A stretch of 64,000 bases of DNA from an uncultured Alphaproteobacteria bacterium (GCA_963819995.1 CAWFYR010000009.1:46600-110599), one strand, 5' to 3'. Shown: positions 1 to 9,581, counted from the first letter of the stretch. Numbers and translations: made by a program. The notes: generated from the letters alone by a model not told the origin.

Positions 1-1505
1 TGCTGAACGCCTACCGCATGTTCGCCCACGACAAGGGCTGGGTCCGGCGGATGGAGGCCTCGATCGACAGCGGCCTCGCCGCGGAGGTCGCCGTCGAGAA
101 GGAGCAGTCCGCCACTCGCGCCCGGATGTCGCGCGCCGCCGATCCGTACCTGCGCGAACGGCTGCACGATCTCGACGACCTGGCGAACCGCCTGCTCCGC
201 CTGCTCGCCGGCGACGAGCGCGGCGGCCGCGAACTGCCCGAGAACGCCATCCTGATCGCCCGCAACATCGGCCCGGGCGAACTCCTCGACTACGGCCGGG
301 CCTTGCGCGGCGTGGTGCTCGAGGAGGGCTCGGTCGGCAGTCACGCGGCGATCGTCGCCCGGGCGCTCGCCATCCCGCTGGTCATCCAGGCGGCGCGGAT
401 CACCCGCGAGGCGATGAACGGCGATGCCATCCTCGTCGATGGCGACCAGGCGGTCGTTCACCTCCGCCCGGAAGAGAGCGTTGCCAAAGCCTTCCGCGAG
501 AAGGTCGACATGCTGCACGAGGCGCAGGCGGCCTATGCGACGCTGCGCGACAAGCCCGCCACCACCCGCGACGGCATTACGCTCGACCTTCACATGAACG
601 CCGGACTGATGGCCGACCTCCCGAGCCTGCCGAAATGCGGAGCGCTCGGGGTCGGCTTGTTCCGCACCGAGCTTCAGTTCCTGATCCGCACCACCGTGCC
701 GAAGCGGAGCGAGCTCGCGAGGCTCTACGCCCGCATCCTCAACTCCGCCAACGACAAGCCCGTCGTGTTCCGGACGCTCGACATCGGGTCGGACAAGGTG
801 CTGCCCTACATGAAGCGCGCCGACGAGCCCAACCCGGCGCTGGGCTGGCGGGCGATCCGGGTCGGGCTCGACCGCCCCGGCATGATGCGGATGCAGGTTC
901 AGGCGCTGATGCGCGGCGCCAACGGGCGCCCGCTCATCATCATGTTCCCGTTCGTCGCCGAGGCGGGCGAGTTCGAGGCTGCGCGCGATCTCGTCCTGCA
1001 CGAGCTGGCGCGGGAGCGGGCGCTCGGCCGCACGGTTCCCGCAAGCCTGAAGATCGGGGCGATGCTCGAGACGCCGAGCCTCGCCTATGCGCCCGCCAGG
1101 TTCTTCGAGATGACCGATTTCATCTCGATCGGCGGCAACGATCTCAAGCAGTTCTTCTTCGCCGCGGATCGCGAGAACGAGCGGGTGCGCCGGCGCTACG
1201 ACATGCTGAGCTCGAGCTTCCTCGACTTTCTGCAGCAGATCGTCGCCCGCTGCGGCACCCACGGCACGCCGCTCTCGTTCTGCGGCGAGGATGCCGGGCG
1301 CCCGGTCGAGGCGCTGGCGCTCGCCGCGATCGGCTTTCGCAGCCTGTCGATGCGGCCGGCCTCGATCGGGCCGGTCAAGGCGCTGCTGCGCAAGGTCGAT
1401 CTCGCCTCCGCCCGCGAGGCGATCGACTGTGCCCGCGCCGCTGGCCTGCCAAGCGCACGACCTGCTCTCGAGGCGTGGCTCAACCGCGCCGGCATCTCGC
1501 ACTGA
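1..1505 (+). CDS. ptsP: Phosphoenolpyruvate-protein phosphotransferase PtsP (EI-Ntr type), 5'-truncated by the window edge
   Basis: The frame of ORF 18..1505 is open to the window start. The translation shows the PEP-utilising enzyme phospho-His region (GSVGSHAAIVARALAIPLV) and the C-terminal PEP-binding barrel motifs (FRTELQF, SIGGNDLKQF). Confidence 0.85.
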   Translation, partial: LNAYRMFAHDKGWVRRMEASIDSGLAAEVAVEKEQSATRARMSRAADPYLRERLHDLDDLANRLLRLLAGDERGGRELPENAILIARNIGPGELLDYGRALRGVVLEEGSVGSHAAIVARALAIPLVIQAARITREAMNGDAILVDGDQAVVHLRPEESVAKAFREKVDMLHEAQAAYATLRDKPATTRDGITLDLHMNAGLMADLPSLPKCGALGVGLFRTELQFLIRTTVPKRSELARLYARILNSANDKPVVFRTLDIGSDKVLPYMKRADEPNPALGWRAIRVGLDRPGMMRMQVQALMRGANGRPLIIMFPFVAEAGEFEAARDLVLHELARERALGRTVPASLKIGAMLETPSLAYAPARFFEMTDFISIGGNDLKQFFFAADRENERVRRRYDMLSSSFLDFLQQIVARCGTHGTPLSFCGEDAGRPVEALALAAIGFRSLSMRPASIGPVKALLRKVDLASAREAIDCARAAGLPSARPALEAWLNRAGISH

Positions 1506-1571
1506 GCCCGGAGGCCACGGACTGCTCCTCTGCGGCCCCTGGCGTCGGAACCTCAAGGGAGGGTTGTCACG

Positions 1572-1925
1572 ATGATCCGGGCGCTGACGCTGCTCTTTTC
1601 CTGCCAGCTTGCCGGCGAGGTGCTGGTTCGGGGGCTCGGGATCACCTTTCCCGGGCCGGTGCTCGGCATGGGCCTGCTCTTTGCCATTGTCCTGGCGCGC
1701 GGGCGCGCGGGACCGGAGCTCGATCGCGTGGCGGACGGGCTTCTGCGCAATCTCTCGCTGCTCTTCGTGCCGGCGGCGGTCGGGGTGGTGCAGCAGGCGG
1801 GGCTGATCGCCGAGAACTGGCTGGCGATCTCGGCGGCGGTGATCGTCTCGACCGTGCTGACGCTGGTGGTGACCGTGCTGGCATTCCGCGCGGTGGCGCG
1901 GCGGGTCGCGGACGCGCGGCCGTGA
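1572..1925 (+). CDS. CidA/LrgA family holin-like membrane protein
   Basis: 117-aa hydrophobic protein (LLFSCQLAGEVLVRGLGITFPGPVLGMGLLF) with a [10 protein letters not shown] upstream. Its TGA overlaps the GTG of the next gene (GTGA at 1922-1925), as is typical for lrgA-lrgB pairs. Confidence 0.8.
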   Translation: MIRALTLLFSCQLAGEVLVRGLGITFPGPVLGMGLLFAIVLARGRAGPELDRVADGLLRNLSLLFVPAAVGVVQQAGLIAENWLAISAAVIVSTVLTLVVTVLAFRAVARRVADARP

Positions 1926-2644
1926 TCGACGGCGGCAACCTCACCGCGATCTGGGTCTATCTGTCGCAGACGCCCCTGCTCTGGCTGACGGCGACGCTCG
2001 CGGCTTTCGTGGCGGGCGACGCGGTCTCGGCGCGCCTGCGGCGCCACCCGCTGGCCAATCCCGTGGTGATGGCGGCGGGGCTGCTCATTGTCCTGCTGGT
2101 CGCCACCGGCACCAGCTATCAGACCTATTTCGAAGGCGCGCAGTTCGTGCACTTCCTGCTCGGGCCGGCCACCGTGGCGCTCGGCCTGCCGCTCTGGCGC
2201 AACCGCGTCGCGGTGCGGCGAAACCTGCTGCCGATGCTGGCAGCACTCGCGGCCGGGTCGCTGACGGCCATAGGCTCGGCGGTGCTGATCGGCTGGGCGT
2301 TCGGCGCGCCGCGCGAGATCCTCGCCTCGCTCGCGGCGAAGTCGGTGACGGCGCCGATCGCCATGGCGCTGACCCAGACGATCGGCGGCATCCCGGCGCT
2401 CGCGGCGGTGCTGGTGGTGCTGACCGGCATCCTCGGCTCGGTGGTGGTGACGCCGTTGATGAACGCCATGGGCATCCGCGACTACGCCGCGCGCGGGTTC
2501 GCCGTCGGCGTGGCGAGCCACGGCATCGGCACCGCCCGCGCGTTTCAGGTCAGCGAGGAGGCGGGCACCTTTGCCGGCATCGCCATGGGGCTGAACGGCG
2601 CGCTGACTGCGGTGATCTTCCTGATCGTGCCGCTTTTCTTCTGA
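1922..2644 (+). CDS. LrgB family membrane protein
   Basis: Only the 3' 240 codons of ORF 635..2644 look like protein: multi-TM with LrgB-like motifs (LLGPATVALGLPLW, KSVTAPIAMAL, GIGTARAF). The GTG at 1922 is in frame and overlaps the lrgA-like stop. Confidence 0.8.
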   Translation: MIDGGNLTAIWVYLSQTPLLWLTATLAAFVAGDAVSARLRRHPLANPVVMAAGLLIVLLVATGTSYQTYFEGAQFVHFLLGPATVALGLPLWRNRVAVRRNLLPMLAALAAGSLTAIGSAVLIGWAFGAPREILASLAAKSVTAPIAMALTQTIGGIPALAAVLVVLTGILGSVVVTPLMNAMGIRDYAARGFAVGVASHGIGTARAFQVSEEAGTFAGIAMGLNGALTAVIFLIVPLFF

Positions 2645-2646
2645 GC

Positions 2647-4128
2647 TCAGGGCGCCGGGGCGAGCGGCGCGGCATAGAGCACGAAATCGCTGCCCGGTTG
2701 CCACGAATAGGGCGCCGCATAGCGGACCGGCGCGCCGAGCCGGAGCGGGCGACCAGCCCGCTTCGCCAGCGTGTCCGCGATGCCGGCACCGCGGTCGGGA
2801 TCATCGGGCCAGACCAGCAGCACCGTCTCGCCGACGGGTGGCACGGCGGTCTCGGTGTCCTCGACCCGCCAGTCCGGCCGGCGGTAGAGGAGATTGCCCG
2901 CGAGCCACTTCGGCTCGGCAATCACCCCGGCGCTCCCCACAGGGAGCGCCGCCGCGAGCTCTCCGATCGGCGCGTTGCCGCGCGCCGGCGCGCCGGGCGT
3001 GCCGGTAATCAGGTGAACCGGCAGCGCCAGCACGACGAGGATCGCGATCCCGGCGAGCACCCGCGCCAGCCAGCGCTCCCCGGCTTGCCCCACGTGCGCG
3101 AGCAGGCGCACCGTGGCAAGCGGGGCGGCGAGGCTCAGGACCGGCAGCAGCCAGCGGTCCTGGACGTTGGTCGCACCGAGGGCGAGCACCGCGACGACCA
3201 CGAGCGCCAGCCCCGTGAGCAGGAACCGCAGCAGGAAGCGGTCGAGCGCCGCGGCGGGCATGGCGTTGCCGCTGCGGAAGCGCCAGCCGATCACTCCCTC
3301 GACGACCGCCAGGAGGCCGAGAAAGCCGGCGCTCGCGAGGGCGACCGAGGAGAGGCCCGTGAGCGCGGCCAGCGCCCACGACCCGCCTGCCGCGCGCTCG
3401 AACTTGTGCGCCGAGGCCAGCGCCTGCTCGGGGTGCGCCAGCATCCACTGCGCCGGCGCCGCGACCAGCAGCGCCGTGACGCCGAGGCTCAGCGCCAGGC
3501 CCGCAGGCCGCAGCCGCGGGCGGACGTCCGGCGCGCTGACGCTCGCGACCAGCAGTGCCGCCGGGACGAACCAGAAGTTCGCCTTCGAGATCAGGCCGAG
3601 CGCCGTGACGAGGCCGAAAAGCAGGTAGCCGCCCCGCCGCCCGGCGACGACCCAGGTCCAGAACACCAGCACCGAGACCGCGGCGAGCGCCGTCGTCAGC
3701 ACCGAATGGGTCAGCGCCCGCTGGCTTTCCCAGGCGATCTGCGGCAGCAGCATCAGGCTCGCCGCCGCGAGGCCGGCCACCCGCGGCCGATGCGCGCTGC
3801 CAAAGAGCGCGTAGACCGCGAGGAAGGTCACGGCCAGCAGCGCGTCCTTGAGGAGGGCGATCGCGAGCAGCGGATCGGGTATGGCCCGAAAGGCGCCCCA
3901 CTGCAGCCAGTTGTAGAGCGGCGGCTGCGCCCCGTAGCCCAAGGCCAGCCGCTGCGCCTCGACCATCGCCTGAGCCTCGTCGAGCCCGAGGCTGCCGCCG
4001 AGGGCCCGGCGGTAGAGCGCCTGAAACGCGAAGTAGCCGACAAAGAGCAGCGGCCAGAACCGGCCGGACGCTTCCGCTTTGATAATGCTGACCAAATCCG
4101 TTCGCCGTCGCCGCCGCGGAGTTCCCAC
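2647..4128 (-). CDS. Glycosyltransferase family 39 (ArnT/PMT-like) integral membrane protein
   Basis: 493-aa polytopic membrane protein whose N-terminal region resembles the ArnT/PMT_2 family (GLDEAQAMVEAQRLALGYGAQPPLYNWLQWG). GTG start with AGGAAGG immediately upstream; the exact start is uncertain. Confidence 0.65.
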   Translation of the reverse strand: MGTPRRRRRTDLVSIIKAEASGRFWPLLFVGYFAFQALYRRALGGSLGLDEAQAMVEAQRLALGYGAQPPLYNWLQWGAFRAIPDPLLAIALLKDALLAVTFLAVYALFGSAHRPRVAGLAAASLMLLPQIAWESQRALTHSVLTTALAAVSVLVFWTWVVAGRRGGYLLFGLVTALGLISKANFWFVPAALLVASVSAPDVRPRLRPAGLALSLGVTALLVAAPAQWMLAHPEQALASAHKFERAAGGSWALAALTGLSSVALASAGFLGLLAVVEGVIGWRFRSGNAMPAAALDRFLLRFLLTGLALVVVAVLALGATNVQDRWLLPVLSLAAPLATVRLLAHVGQAGERWLARVLAGIAILVVLALPVHLITGTPGAPARGNAPIGELAAALPVGSAGVIAEPKWLAGNLLYRRPDWRVEDTETAVPPVGETVLLVWPDDPDRGAGIADTLAKRAGRPLRLGAPVRYAAPYSWQPGSDFVLYAAPLAPAP

Positions 4129-4270
4129 CCCTTCCTAGCAGGTTTGCCGCGGCAGCCAAGTGCGGGCGGCTTCCCGCCGGGCGCTGTCGCTCAGAGAGAC
4201 CACTGCGAAAACGAGCGGAACGCGTCGGGCTTGGTGAAGAGGGAGTGAATGCGTTCGCTGATTTCCTGCT

Positions 4271-4305
4271 ATATCAAATAGATAGGAGGAATTGCACGCG
4301 TGTTA
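4271..4305. repeat. Copy A of a 35-nt AT-rich motif containing the palindrome CACGCGTG
   Basis: atatcaaatagataggaggaattgcacgcgtgtta aligns without gaps to 9831..9865 at 27/35 positions (hand alignment). Both copies sit in AT-rich intergenic patches of an otherwise GC-rich sequence. Confidence 0.5.
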
Positions 4306-4359
4306 CGAGGTCGATGCCAAGCGGTCCGACACCGGGCATACCCTTTTCGGAGAGGTCTC

Positions 4360-4962
4360 TCAGAGGGCGCCGCGCGCCAAGAGGGCGGCGCCGATGGTGC
4401 CGTCGTCTAGATAGTCGAGCTCGCCGCCGACCGGCACGCCTTTGGCGAGCGTGGTGATGCTGACGCCGAGCGGCTCCAGCTCGCCCGCGATGTAGTGGGC
4501 GGTCGTCTGGCCGTCGATGGTGGCATTGAGCGCCAGGATCACCTCGCGCGCGGATTCCTCGCCGACGCGGGCGAGAAGCTCGGGGATGCGGAGCGTGTCC
4601 GGTCCAACGCCGTCGAGCGCGGAGAGCACGCCGCCGAGCACGTGGTAGCGACCGCGGAAGAGCGCGGCGCGCTCCATCGCCCAGAGGTCGGCCACGGTCT
4701 CGACCACGCAGATCTCGCCGGTGGCGCGCGCCGGGTCTGCGCAGATCGCGCAGAGGGCACCGGTCGCGATGTTGCCGCAGCGGCTGCACTCTCGCACCGT
4801 CGCCGCCACCTCCGCCAGCGCCGCGGACAAGGGATCGAGCAGCATCTCGCGCCGCCGCACCATCGTCAGCACCGCCCGCCGTGCTGAGCGTGGCCCGAGC
4901 CCCGGCAGCCGGGCCATCAGCGCGATCAGCCGGTCGATCGCGGCATCTCCCGCTTCCTGCAT
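4360..4962 (-). CDS. recR: Recombination protein RecR
   Basis: 200 aa from the ATG at 4962: helix-hairpin-helix ([11 protein letters not shown]), a C4 zinc finger ([16 protein letters not shown]) and a Toprim domain. Lies in the conserved dnaX-ybaB-recR order. Confidence 0.9.
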   Translation of the reverse strand: MQEAGDAAIDRLIALMARLPGLGPRSARRAVLTMVRRREMLLDPLSAALAEVAATVRECSRCGNIATGALCAICADPARATGEICVVETVADLWAMERAALFRGRYHVLGGVLSALDGVGPDTLRIPELLARVGEESAREVILALNATIDGQTTAHYIAGELEPLGVSITTLAKGVPVGGELDYLDDGTIGAALLARGAL

Positions 4963-4973
4963 CGTGCGGGCCG

Positions 4974-5318
4974 TCAGAACGGCAACTTCATCCCCGGCGG
5001 CAGGTCGAGACCGTCGGTGACCTTGGCCATCTCGGCCTGCGCGGCGACCATGGCGCGCGCCTGGGCGTCCTGCACCGCGGCGACGATCAGGTCCTCCACC
5101 ACCTCGCGCTCGTCGGGCACGAAGAGCGAGGGATCGATCGCGATCCGCTTGACCGCGCCTTTGGCTGAGGCGGTGACCGTCACCAGCCCCGCCCCGGCCT
5201 CGCCGGTCACCTCGATGGCGTCGAGCCGGTTCTGGACGTCGGACATGCGGCTCTGCATCTCCTGCGCCTGCTTCATGATCTTGGCCATGTCGCCAAGCTG
5301 TCCGATACCCTTCAGCAC
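4974..5318 (-). CDS. ybaB: YbaB/EbfC family nucleoid-associated protein
   Basis: 114 aa with [15 protein letters not shown]...[20 protein letters not shown]. The GTG start directly abuts the dnaX stop. Confidence 0.9.
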   Translation of the reverse strand: MLKGIGQLGDMAKIMKQAQEMQSRMSDVQNRLDAIEVTGEAGAGLVTVTASAKGAVKRIAIDPSLFVPDEREVVEDLIVAAVQDAQARAMVAAQAEMAKVTDGLDLPPGMKLPF

Positions 5319-7067
5319 CTACATCTCCTCTGCAAAGGGATCGAACGGATCCCATTCGTCATCATCTTCTTCGTCCGCCGCCGCGGCGGACGCCGGCCCC
5401 GCGAGCGCATCGGCAGGGCGCACGTCGCGGATCTCGGCGCCGGGAAAGGCGCCGAGCACCGCCTGCACCATCGGGTGCTCGAGCGCGCGCGCCCTGAGGT
5501 CGCCCTTCTCCGCGGCGCGGATCTCGGCGATCGTCGCGGCGCCGCCGGAACCCACCACCGCGACCCCCCAGCGGGCGCCGGTCCAGAGCTGAAGCCGCTG
5601 CGCCAGCCGGGCCGCGAGGTCCGGCGGCGCGGTGTCAGAGGGTTCGAACTCGATGCGTCCCGGCGCATAGCGGACCAGCTTCACCCCGGATTCGATCTCG
5701 ACCAGCAGGCTCACGTCGCGCCGGGCGCGCACCAGCGCCACCACGTCCTCGAAGCTCTGGTAGCGCGCCAGCGCACCGGGTTCGGGCGCGGGAGCGGCCG
5801 GCGCCGGCTGCGCCTGCGGCACCGGCGCGGATGCAGCACTCGCCGCGGGTCCGCGGGAAGGCCGCGCGCCGCCTCCGCCGCCACCTGCCGGCGGCGGCGC
5901 GGCCGGCTGCGGCGCGACGCTCAGCCGGCGCACCAGCTCCTCGGGGCTCGGCAGCTCGGCGACGTGGGTCAGCCGGATGATCGCCATCTCGGCCGCCATC
6001 ATGCCGTTCGGCGCGGTCGCGACTTCCTCGAGCGCCTTCAGGAGCATCTGCCACATCCGGGTCAGCGCCCGCATCGGCAGCCGCGCGGCGAAGTCGAGGC
6101 CGCGGGCGCGCTCGTCGGGGCCGACGGTCGGGTCGTCGGCGGCTTCGGGGGCGAGGCGCACCATCGAAACCCAATGGGTCACCTCGGCGAGGTCGCGCAG
6201 CACCGCCATCGGGTCGGCGCCTTCGGCATACTGCGCCGCAAGCTCGGCGAGCGCGGCGCGGGCGTCGCCGGCCATCACCCGCTCGAAGAGGTCGAGGACC
6301 CGGCCGCGGTCGGCGAGCCCAAGCATCGCCCGGACCTCGGCCGCGGTCGTCACCCCGACGCCGTGGGCGATCGCCTGGTCGAGCAGCGACAGCGCGTCGC
6401 GCACCGATCCTTCGGCCGCCCGCGTGATCAGCGCCAGCGCGTCGGGCGCCACCTCGACCGCCTCGCGCGCGGCGATGCCGGCGAGGTGCGCCATCATCGC
6501 CTCGGGCTCGATCCGGCGCAGGTCGAAGCGCTGGCAGCGGGACAGCACCGTCACCGGCACCTTGCGGATCTCGGTGGTGGCGAAGATGAACTTGACGTGC
6601 GCTGGCGGCTCCTCGAGCGTCTTCAGGAGCGCGTTGAACGCCGAGGTGCTCAGCATGTGCACCTCGTCGATGATGTAGACCTTGTAACGCGCGCTGGCCG
6701 CCCGGTAGGCGACGCTGTCGATGATCTCGCGGATGTCGCCGACGCCGGTGCGGCTGGCCGCGTCCATCTCCAGCACGTCGACGTGGCGGCCTTCGGCGAT
6801 CGAGACGCATGCCTCGCAGACGCCGCACGGGTCGATCGTCGGACCGCCCTTGCCGTCGGCCCCGGTGCAGTTGAGGCCCTTGGCGACGATCCGCGCCGTC
6901 GTGGTCTTGCCGACGCCGCGCACCCCGGTCAGCACGAAGGCATGGGCGATCCGGTCGGCCTCGAAGGCGTTGCGCAGGGTGCGCACCATCACGTCCTGGC
7001 CGATGAGGTCGGCGAAGGTCGCGGGGCGGTACTTGCGCGCCAGGACGCGGTATTCGGTGTCGCTCAA
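5319..7067 (-). CDS. dnaX: DNA polymerase III subunit gamma/tau
   Basis: [19 protein letters not shown], Walker [10 protein letters not shown], a zinc module ([10 protein letters not shown]), DEVHMLS, and a Pro/Ala-rich linker. I place the start at the TTG at 7067 (MSDTEYRV..., GGAAAG 6 nt upstream). The ORF stays open to 7244, so the start is uncertain. Confidence 0.85.
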   Translation of the reverse strand: MSDTEYRVLARKYRPATFADLIGQDVMVRTLRNAFEADRIAHAFVLTGVRGVGKTTTARIVAKGLNCTGADGKGGPTIDPCGVCEACVSIAEGRHVDVLEMDAASRTGVGDIREIIDSVAYRAASARYKVYIIDEVHMLSTSAFNALLKTLEEPPAHVKFIFATTEIRKVPVTVLSRCQRFDLRRIEPEAMMAHLAGIAAREAVEVAPDALALITRAAEGSVRDALSLLDQAIAHGVGVTTAAEVRAMLGLADRGRVLDLFERVMAGDARAALAELAAQYAEGADPMAVLRDLAEVTHWVSMVRLAPEAADDPTVGPDERARGLDFAARLPMRALTRMWQMLLKALEEVATAPNGMMAAEMAIIRLTHVAELPSPEELVRRLSVAPQPAAPPPAGGGGGGARPSRGPAASAASAPVPQAQPAPAAPAPEPGALARYQSFEDVVALVRARRDVSLLVEIESGVKLVRYAPGRIEFEPSDTAPPDLAARLAQRLQLWTGARWGVAVVGSGGAATIAEIRAAEKGDLRARALEHPMVQAVLGAFPGAEIRDVRPADALAGPASAAAADEEDDDEWDPFDPFAEEM

Positions 7068-7247
7068 TGCCGGCTTTCCGTTGCCTGAACTCGAGGAGCC
7101 CAACCTAAGCGGGCACCCCTTGGGGGGCAAGGGCGACCGGCCATCCGCGGGCCGCCAAGGCAAGGCTGGCGCAGCCGCAAACGCTCGGATAGCATCGCCT
7201 TGAGGCCCGCCCGTACCGGCGGGGCCCAAGGCAAGGAAGGACATCCC

Positions 7248-7538
7248 ATGGATCCAGCCACCACCACCGCCGCCGCCGGCACCAGCATCCTGACGATGAT
7301 CATCGTCTGGGTGATCATCGGCCTGATCGCCGGCTACATCGCCAACATGCTCATGAAGGGCTCCGGCATGGGGCTCGGCGGCAACCTCATCCTCGGGCTG
7401 ATCGGCGCCATCGTCGGCGGCTGGCTGTTCGGGGCGATCGGCCTCGGCTTCGGCGGCGGCATCATCGGGGCGATCATCTCCGCGGTGATCGGCGCCATCA
7501 TCGTGATCTTGATCGTCCGCCTGGTCAAACGCGCCTGA
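7248..7538 (+). CDS. GlsB/YeaQ/YmgE family (transglycosylase-associated) stress membrane protein
   Basis: 96-aa Gly/Ile-rich protein with 3 TM segments (IIGLIAGYIANMLM, LILGLIGAIVGGWLFG). AAGGAAGG RBS 7 nt upstream of the ATG at 7248. Confidence 0.8.
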   Translation: MDPATTTAAAGTSILTMIIVWVIIGLIAGYIANMLMKGSGMGLGGNLILGLIGAIVGGWLFGAIGLGFGGGIIGAIISAVIGAIIVILIVRLVKRA

Positions 7539-7549
7539 CCGGGCGGCCT

Positions 7550-7574
7550 GCGGCCGGGTTTCCTCCCCGGCCGC
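7550..7574. terminator. GC hairpin between convergent genes (possible bidirectional terminator)
   Basis: GCGGCCGGG-tttcctc-CCCGGCCGC, a 9-bp perfect stem 12 nt after the glsB-like stop and 16 nt after the GST stop. No clear U-tract. Confidence 0.4.
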
Positions 7575-7589
7575 GGGACCGGGACGCGA

Positions 7590-8234
7590 TCAGGCGACGA
7601 CCGGCGACAGCGTCGCCGAAAAGCTCGCCTTCTGTCGAAGCGCTGCGAGCCACGCCGCAAGCTGCGGCCGGGCGGCGATCAGCTCCGCGCCGTCACCGCT
7701 GCGGGCGACGTAGTCAACCATCGCGCCGCAATAGATATCGGCAAGCGAGAAGGCCCCGCCGGCAAGCGCCAAACCGCTGCTTGAAGCAAGCCCGTCTTCA
7801 AGGACGTCGAGGGCGATGGTGACCGGTGCGACGGCCGCGTCGGCGACCTCGGGCTTCGCCTCGACGCCGAACCTGGCCGCGAGCACCCGGTGGAAATAGA
7901 GCTCCATCACGCCGCGCGGATAGAGCTGGTGCTGGGCGACGCCCATGAACTTCCACATGGTGGCGCGCTCGGCTGGTGCGGTGGGCTCAAGCGCCGCCCC
8001 GCTGCCGATCGCGTCAGCGTAGACCATGAGAGCGGGCGTCTCGCAGAGCGTCACGTCGGCGGCAACGAGGGCCGGCATCTTGCGGAACGGGTTGATCGCC
8101 GCATAGGCGTCAGTTCCCAGGTCCGGAATCCCGACCTCGGAAAAAACGACGTCGACGGTCTTTTCCATGAAGGTGATGCGCGCGGCGCGCACATGCGGGC
8201 TGACGGGAGAGCCATAGAGGGTGGGAAGCGGCAT
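7590..8234 (-). CDS. Glutathione S-transferase family protein
   Basis: 214 aa with an N-terminal thioredoxin-like GST fold (LYGSPVSPHVRAARI...INPFRKMPAL) and a helical C-domain. Confidence 0.75.
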   Translation of the reverse strand: MPLPTLYGSPVSPHVRAARITFMEKTVDVVFSEVGIPDLGTDAYAAINPFRKMPALVAADVTLCETPALMVYADAIGSGAALEPTAPAERATMWKFMGVAQHQLYPRGVMELYFHRVLAARFGVEAKPEVADAAVAPVTIALDVLEDGLASSSGLALAGGAFSLADIYCGAMVDYVARSGDGAELIAARPQLAAWLAALRQKASFSATLSPVVA

Positions 8235-8294
8235 GATCGTGTCTCCTGCACGAGGTTCGATAGGTGGCCAATCAAGGTGGGCTGCGGGCGACGG

Positions 8295-8861
8295 TCAGCG
8301 GTCGTAGGGGTTTGAGGCGACGTCGTAGAAGGGCTGGGGCAGGCCCTTGACGCCGAGCTGCACGAAGGCGCGCGGCCAATCGAATTGATCCCAGTGCTCG
8401 TAGAGCTGGCCGTCGCGCACGGTCCACACGTCGATGACGTCGAATTCTAGTTTCTGTCCCTTCGGCTCGATGCCGAGGAAGGGCGTGCCGGTCAACGTGC
8501 CGGTCCAGGTCCAGCGGGTGACGACGCGCTCCTTCGTGGCGAAGACGTCGTGGACGGAGAAACGCGAGTCCGGCAGCGCAGCGTAGATGACCGGGATGAA
8601 GTCGATCAGGCCCTTGCGGCCTTCGGGCACCAGCGGATTGTGCTGGATGTAGTCGGTGGCCACTATCCGGTCGAGGATGGCGACGCGCTTCTCCTGGCTC
8701 GTCTCGTTGAGTAGCGTGTCGGAAAAGGTGCGGCCGAGCCATTCGTTGTATGCGACGGTGCCGGCCGGCGCCGGCGGCTCCGTGATGTCCGCCGCATGGG
8801 CGATCGCAGACGCGGATACGGCAAGCAGGGCGAGCGTGAAGGGCAGTGCGAGGCGATGCAT
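8295..8861 (-). CDS. Secreted SnoaL-like / ester-cyclase (NTF2-fold) protein
   Basis: Signal peptide MHRLALPFTLALLAVSASAIAHA followed by a SnoaL-like core (YIQHNPLVPEGRKGLIDF...VTRWTWTGT...IDVWTVRDGQLYEHWD). Divergent from a TetR gene. Confidence 0.65.
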   Translation of the reverse strand: MHRLALPFTLALLAVSASAIAHAADITEPPAPAGTVAYNEWLGRTFSDTLLNETSQEKRVAILDRIVATDYIQHNPLVPEGRKGLIDFIPVIYAALPDSRFSVHDVFATKERVVTRWTWTGTLTGTPFLGIEPKGQKLEFDVIDVWTVRDGQLYEHWDQFDWPRAFVQLGVKGLPQPFYDVASNPYDR

Positions 8862-8920
8862 AGGGCTTCTCCCTTGGGTGTTCGATCGACCCGCTCACCG
8901 GATCGATGGCGCGGGAATAA

Positions 8921-8936
8921 CTGATCGATCGATCAG
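8921..8936. promoter_or_regulatory. Perfect 16-bp palindrome, candidate TetR operator
   Basis: CTGATCGATCGATCAG in the divergent region between the SnoaL-like gene (8861) and the TetR gene (9003). Confidence 0.45.
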
Positions 8937-8973
8937 AAACAACCCGGTGCGAACTGCAGAAGGCCCTTGTTTT

Positions 8974-8989
8974 CTGATCGAACGATCAA
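8974..8989. promoter_or_regulatory. Second operator-like half-palindrome
   Basis: CTGATCGAACGATCAA has inverted arms TGATCG/CGATCA and differs from the 8921 palindrome at 2 positions. It lies 14 nt upstream of the TetR ATG. Confidence 0.4.
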
Positions 8990-9002
8990 TAAATTGTGAG
9001 CC

Positions 9003-9578
9003 ATGTCCCGACCGCGCTCCTTCGATATCGACGACGTGCTGGCCAAGGCCATGGCCGTGTTCTGGAAACGCGGCTATGCCGCCACGTCGCTTTCCGACAT
9101 ATACCGCGCGACCGGGCTCAAGCCCGGCAATGTCTACGGCGCCTTCCGCGACAAGGATGACCTCTTCCGCCAATGCTTCGAGACCTATGCCGCCCACTTC
9201 CGTGCGACGCTGCCTGCCGGCCTGTCAGGCCGTGCGGCGATCGAGAAATGGCTGGAAGTCCAAGCGGATATCGCGACGGACGATCCCGAGAGGCCGGGCT
9301 GCATGATCGTCAACACGATCGCCGAGCGCGCGCTGCATCCCGAGGAGACGCACCGGCTCGCCGATGCGCGACTTGCCGAGATCAGAAGCTTCTTCCTGAA
9401 GAACCTGGTAGTGGGGCGCGAGCGCGGCGAGATCGATGCCACGCGCGATCCGGAAATGCTTGCCGACGGGCTCGTGGCGGCGGTCGTCGCAATGATGACG
9501 CTCGGGCGTGGGGGCGCTGACCGCCGCACGATCGCCCACGTCGCCGAAAACGCGATGCTGCCCCTGATGGCGATTTAA
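9003..9578 (+). CDS. TetR/AcrR family transcriptional regulator
   Basis: 191 aa with an N-terminal HTH (FWKRGYAATSLSDIYRATGLKPGNVYGAFRDKDDLF). Confidence 0.85.
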   Translation: MSRPRSFDIDDVLAKAMAVFWKRGYAATSLSDIYRATGLKPGNVYGAFRDKDDLFRQCFETYAAHFRATLPAGLSGRAAIEKWLEVQADIATDDPERPGCMIVNTIAERALHPEETHRLADARLAEIRSFFLKNLVVGRERGEIDATRDPEMLADGLVAAVVAMMTLGRGGADRRTIAHVAENAMLPLMAI

Positions 9579-9581
9579 TTT

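Noticed and set aside
635-2644. A 669-aa ORF spanning the 3' end of ptsP, the lrgA-like gene and the lrgB-like gene.
   Set aside because: Only the last 240 codons (from the GTG at 1922) look like a membrane protein. The rest is out-of-frame overlap with ptsP and the lrgA-like gene.
5319-7244. The N-terminal 59-aa extension of DnaX (start at 7244), and an E. coli-type programmed -1 frameshift site.
   Set aside because: The extension is Pro/Gly/Ala-rich, has no family counterpart, and would remove the divergent promoter region. The TTG at 7067 with a GGAAAG RBS gives the canonical [15 protein letters not shown] start. I did not see an A-AAA-AAG slippery heptamer in the gene by eye.
7068-7247. 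An SRP (4.5S/ffs) RNA, expected because ffs sits immediately upstream of dnaX in Bacillus and many other bacteria.
   Set aside because: Neither strand contains the conserved domain-IV core (GGUCCGGAAGGAAGCAGCC-like helix with a GGAA tetraloop). The closest string (GUUCAGGCAACGGAAAGCCGGCA) cannot form the helix and overlaps the dnaX RBS and start. An Infernal scan would be the decisive check.
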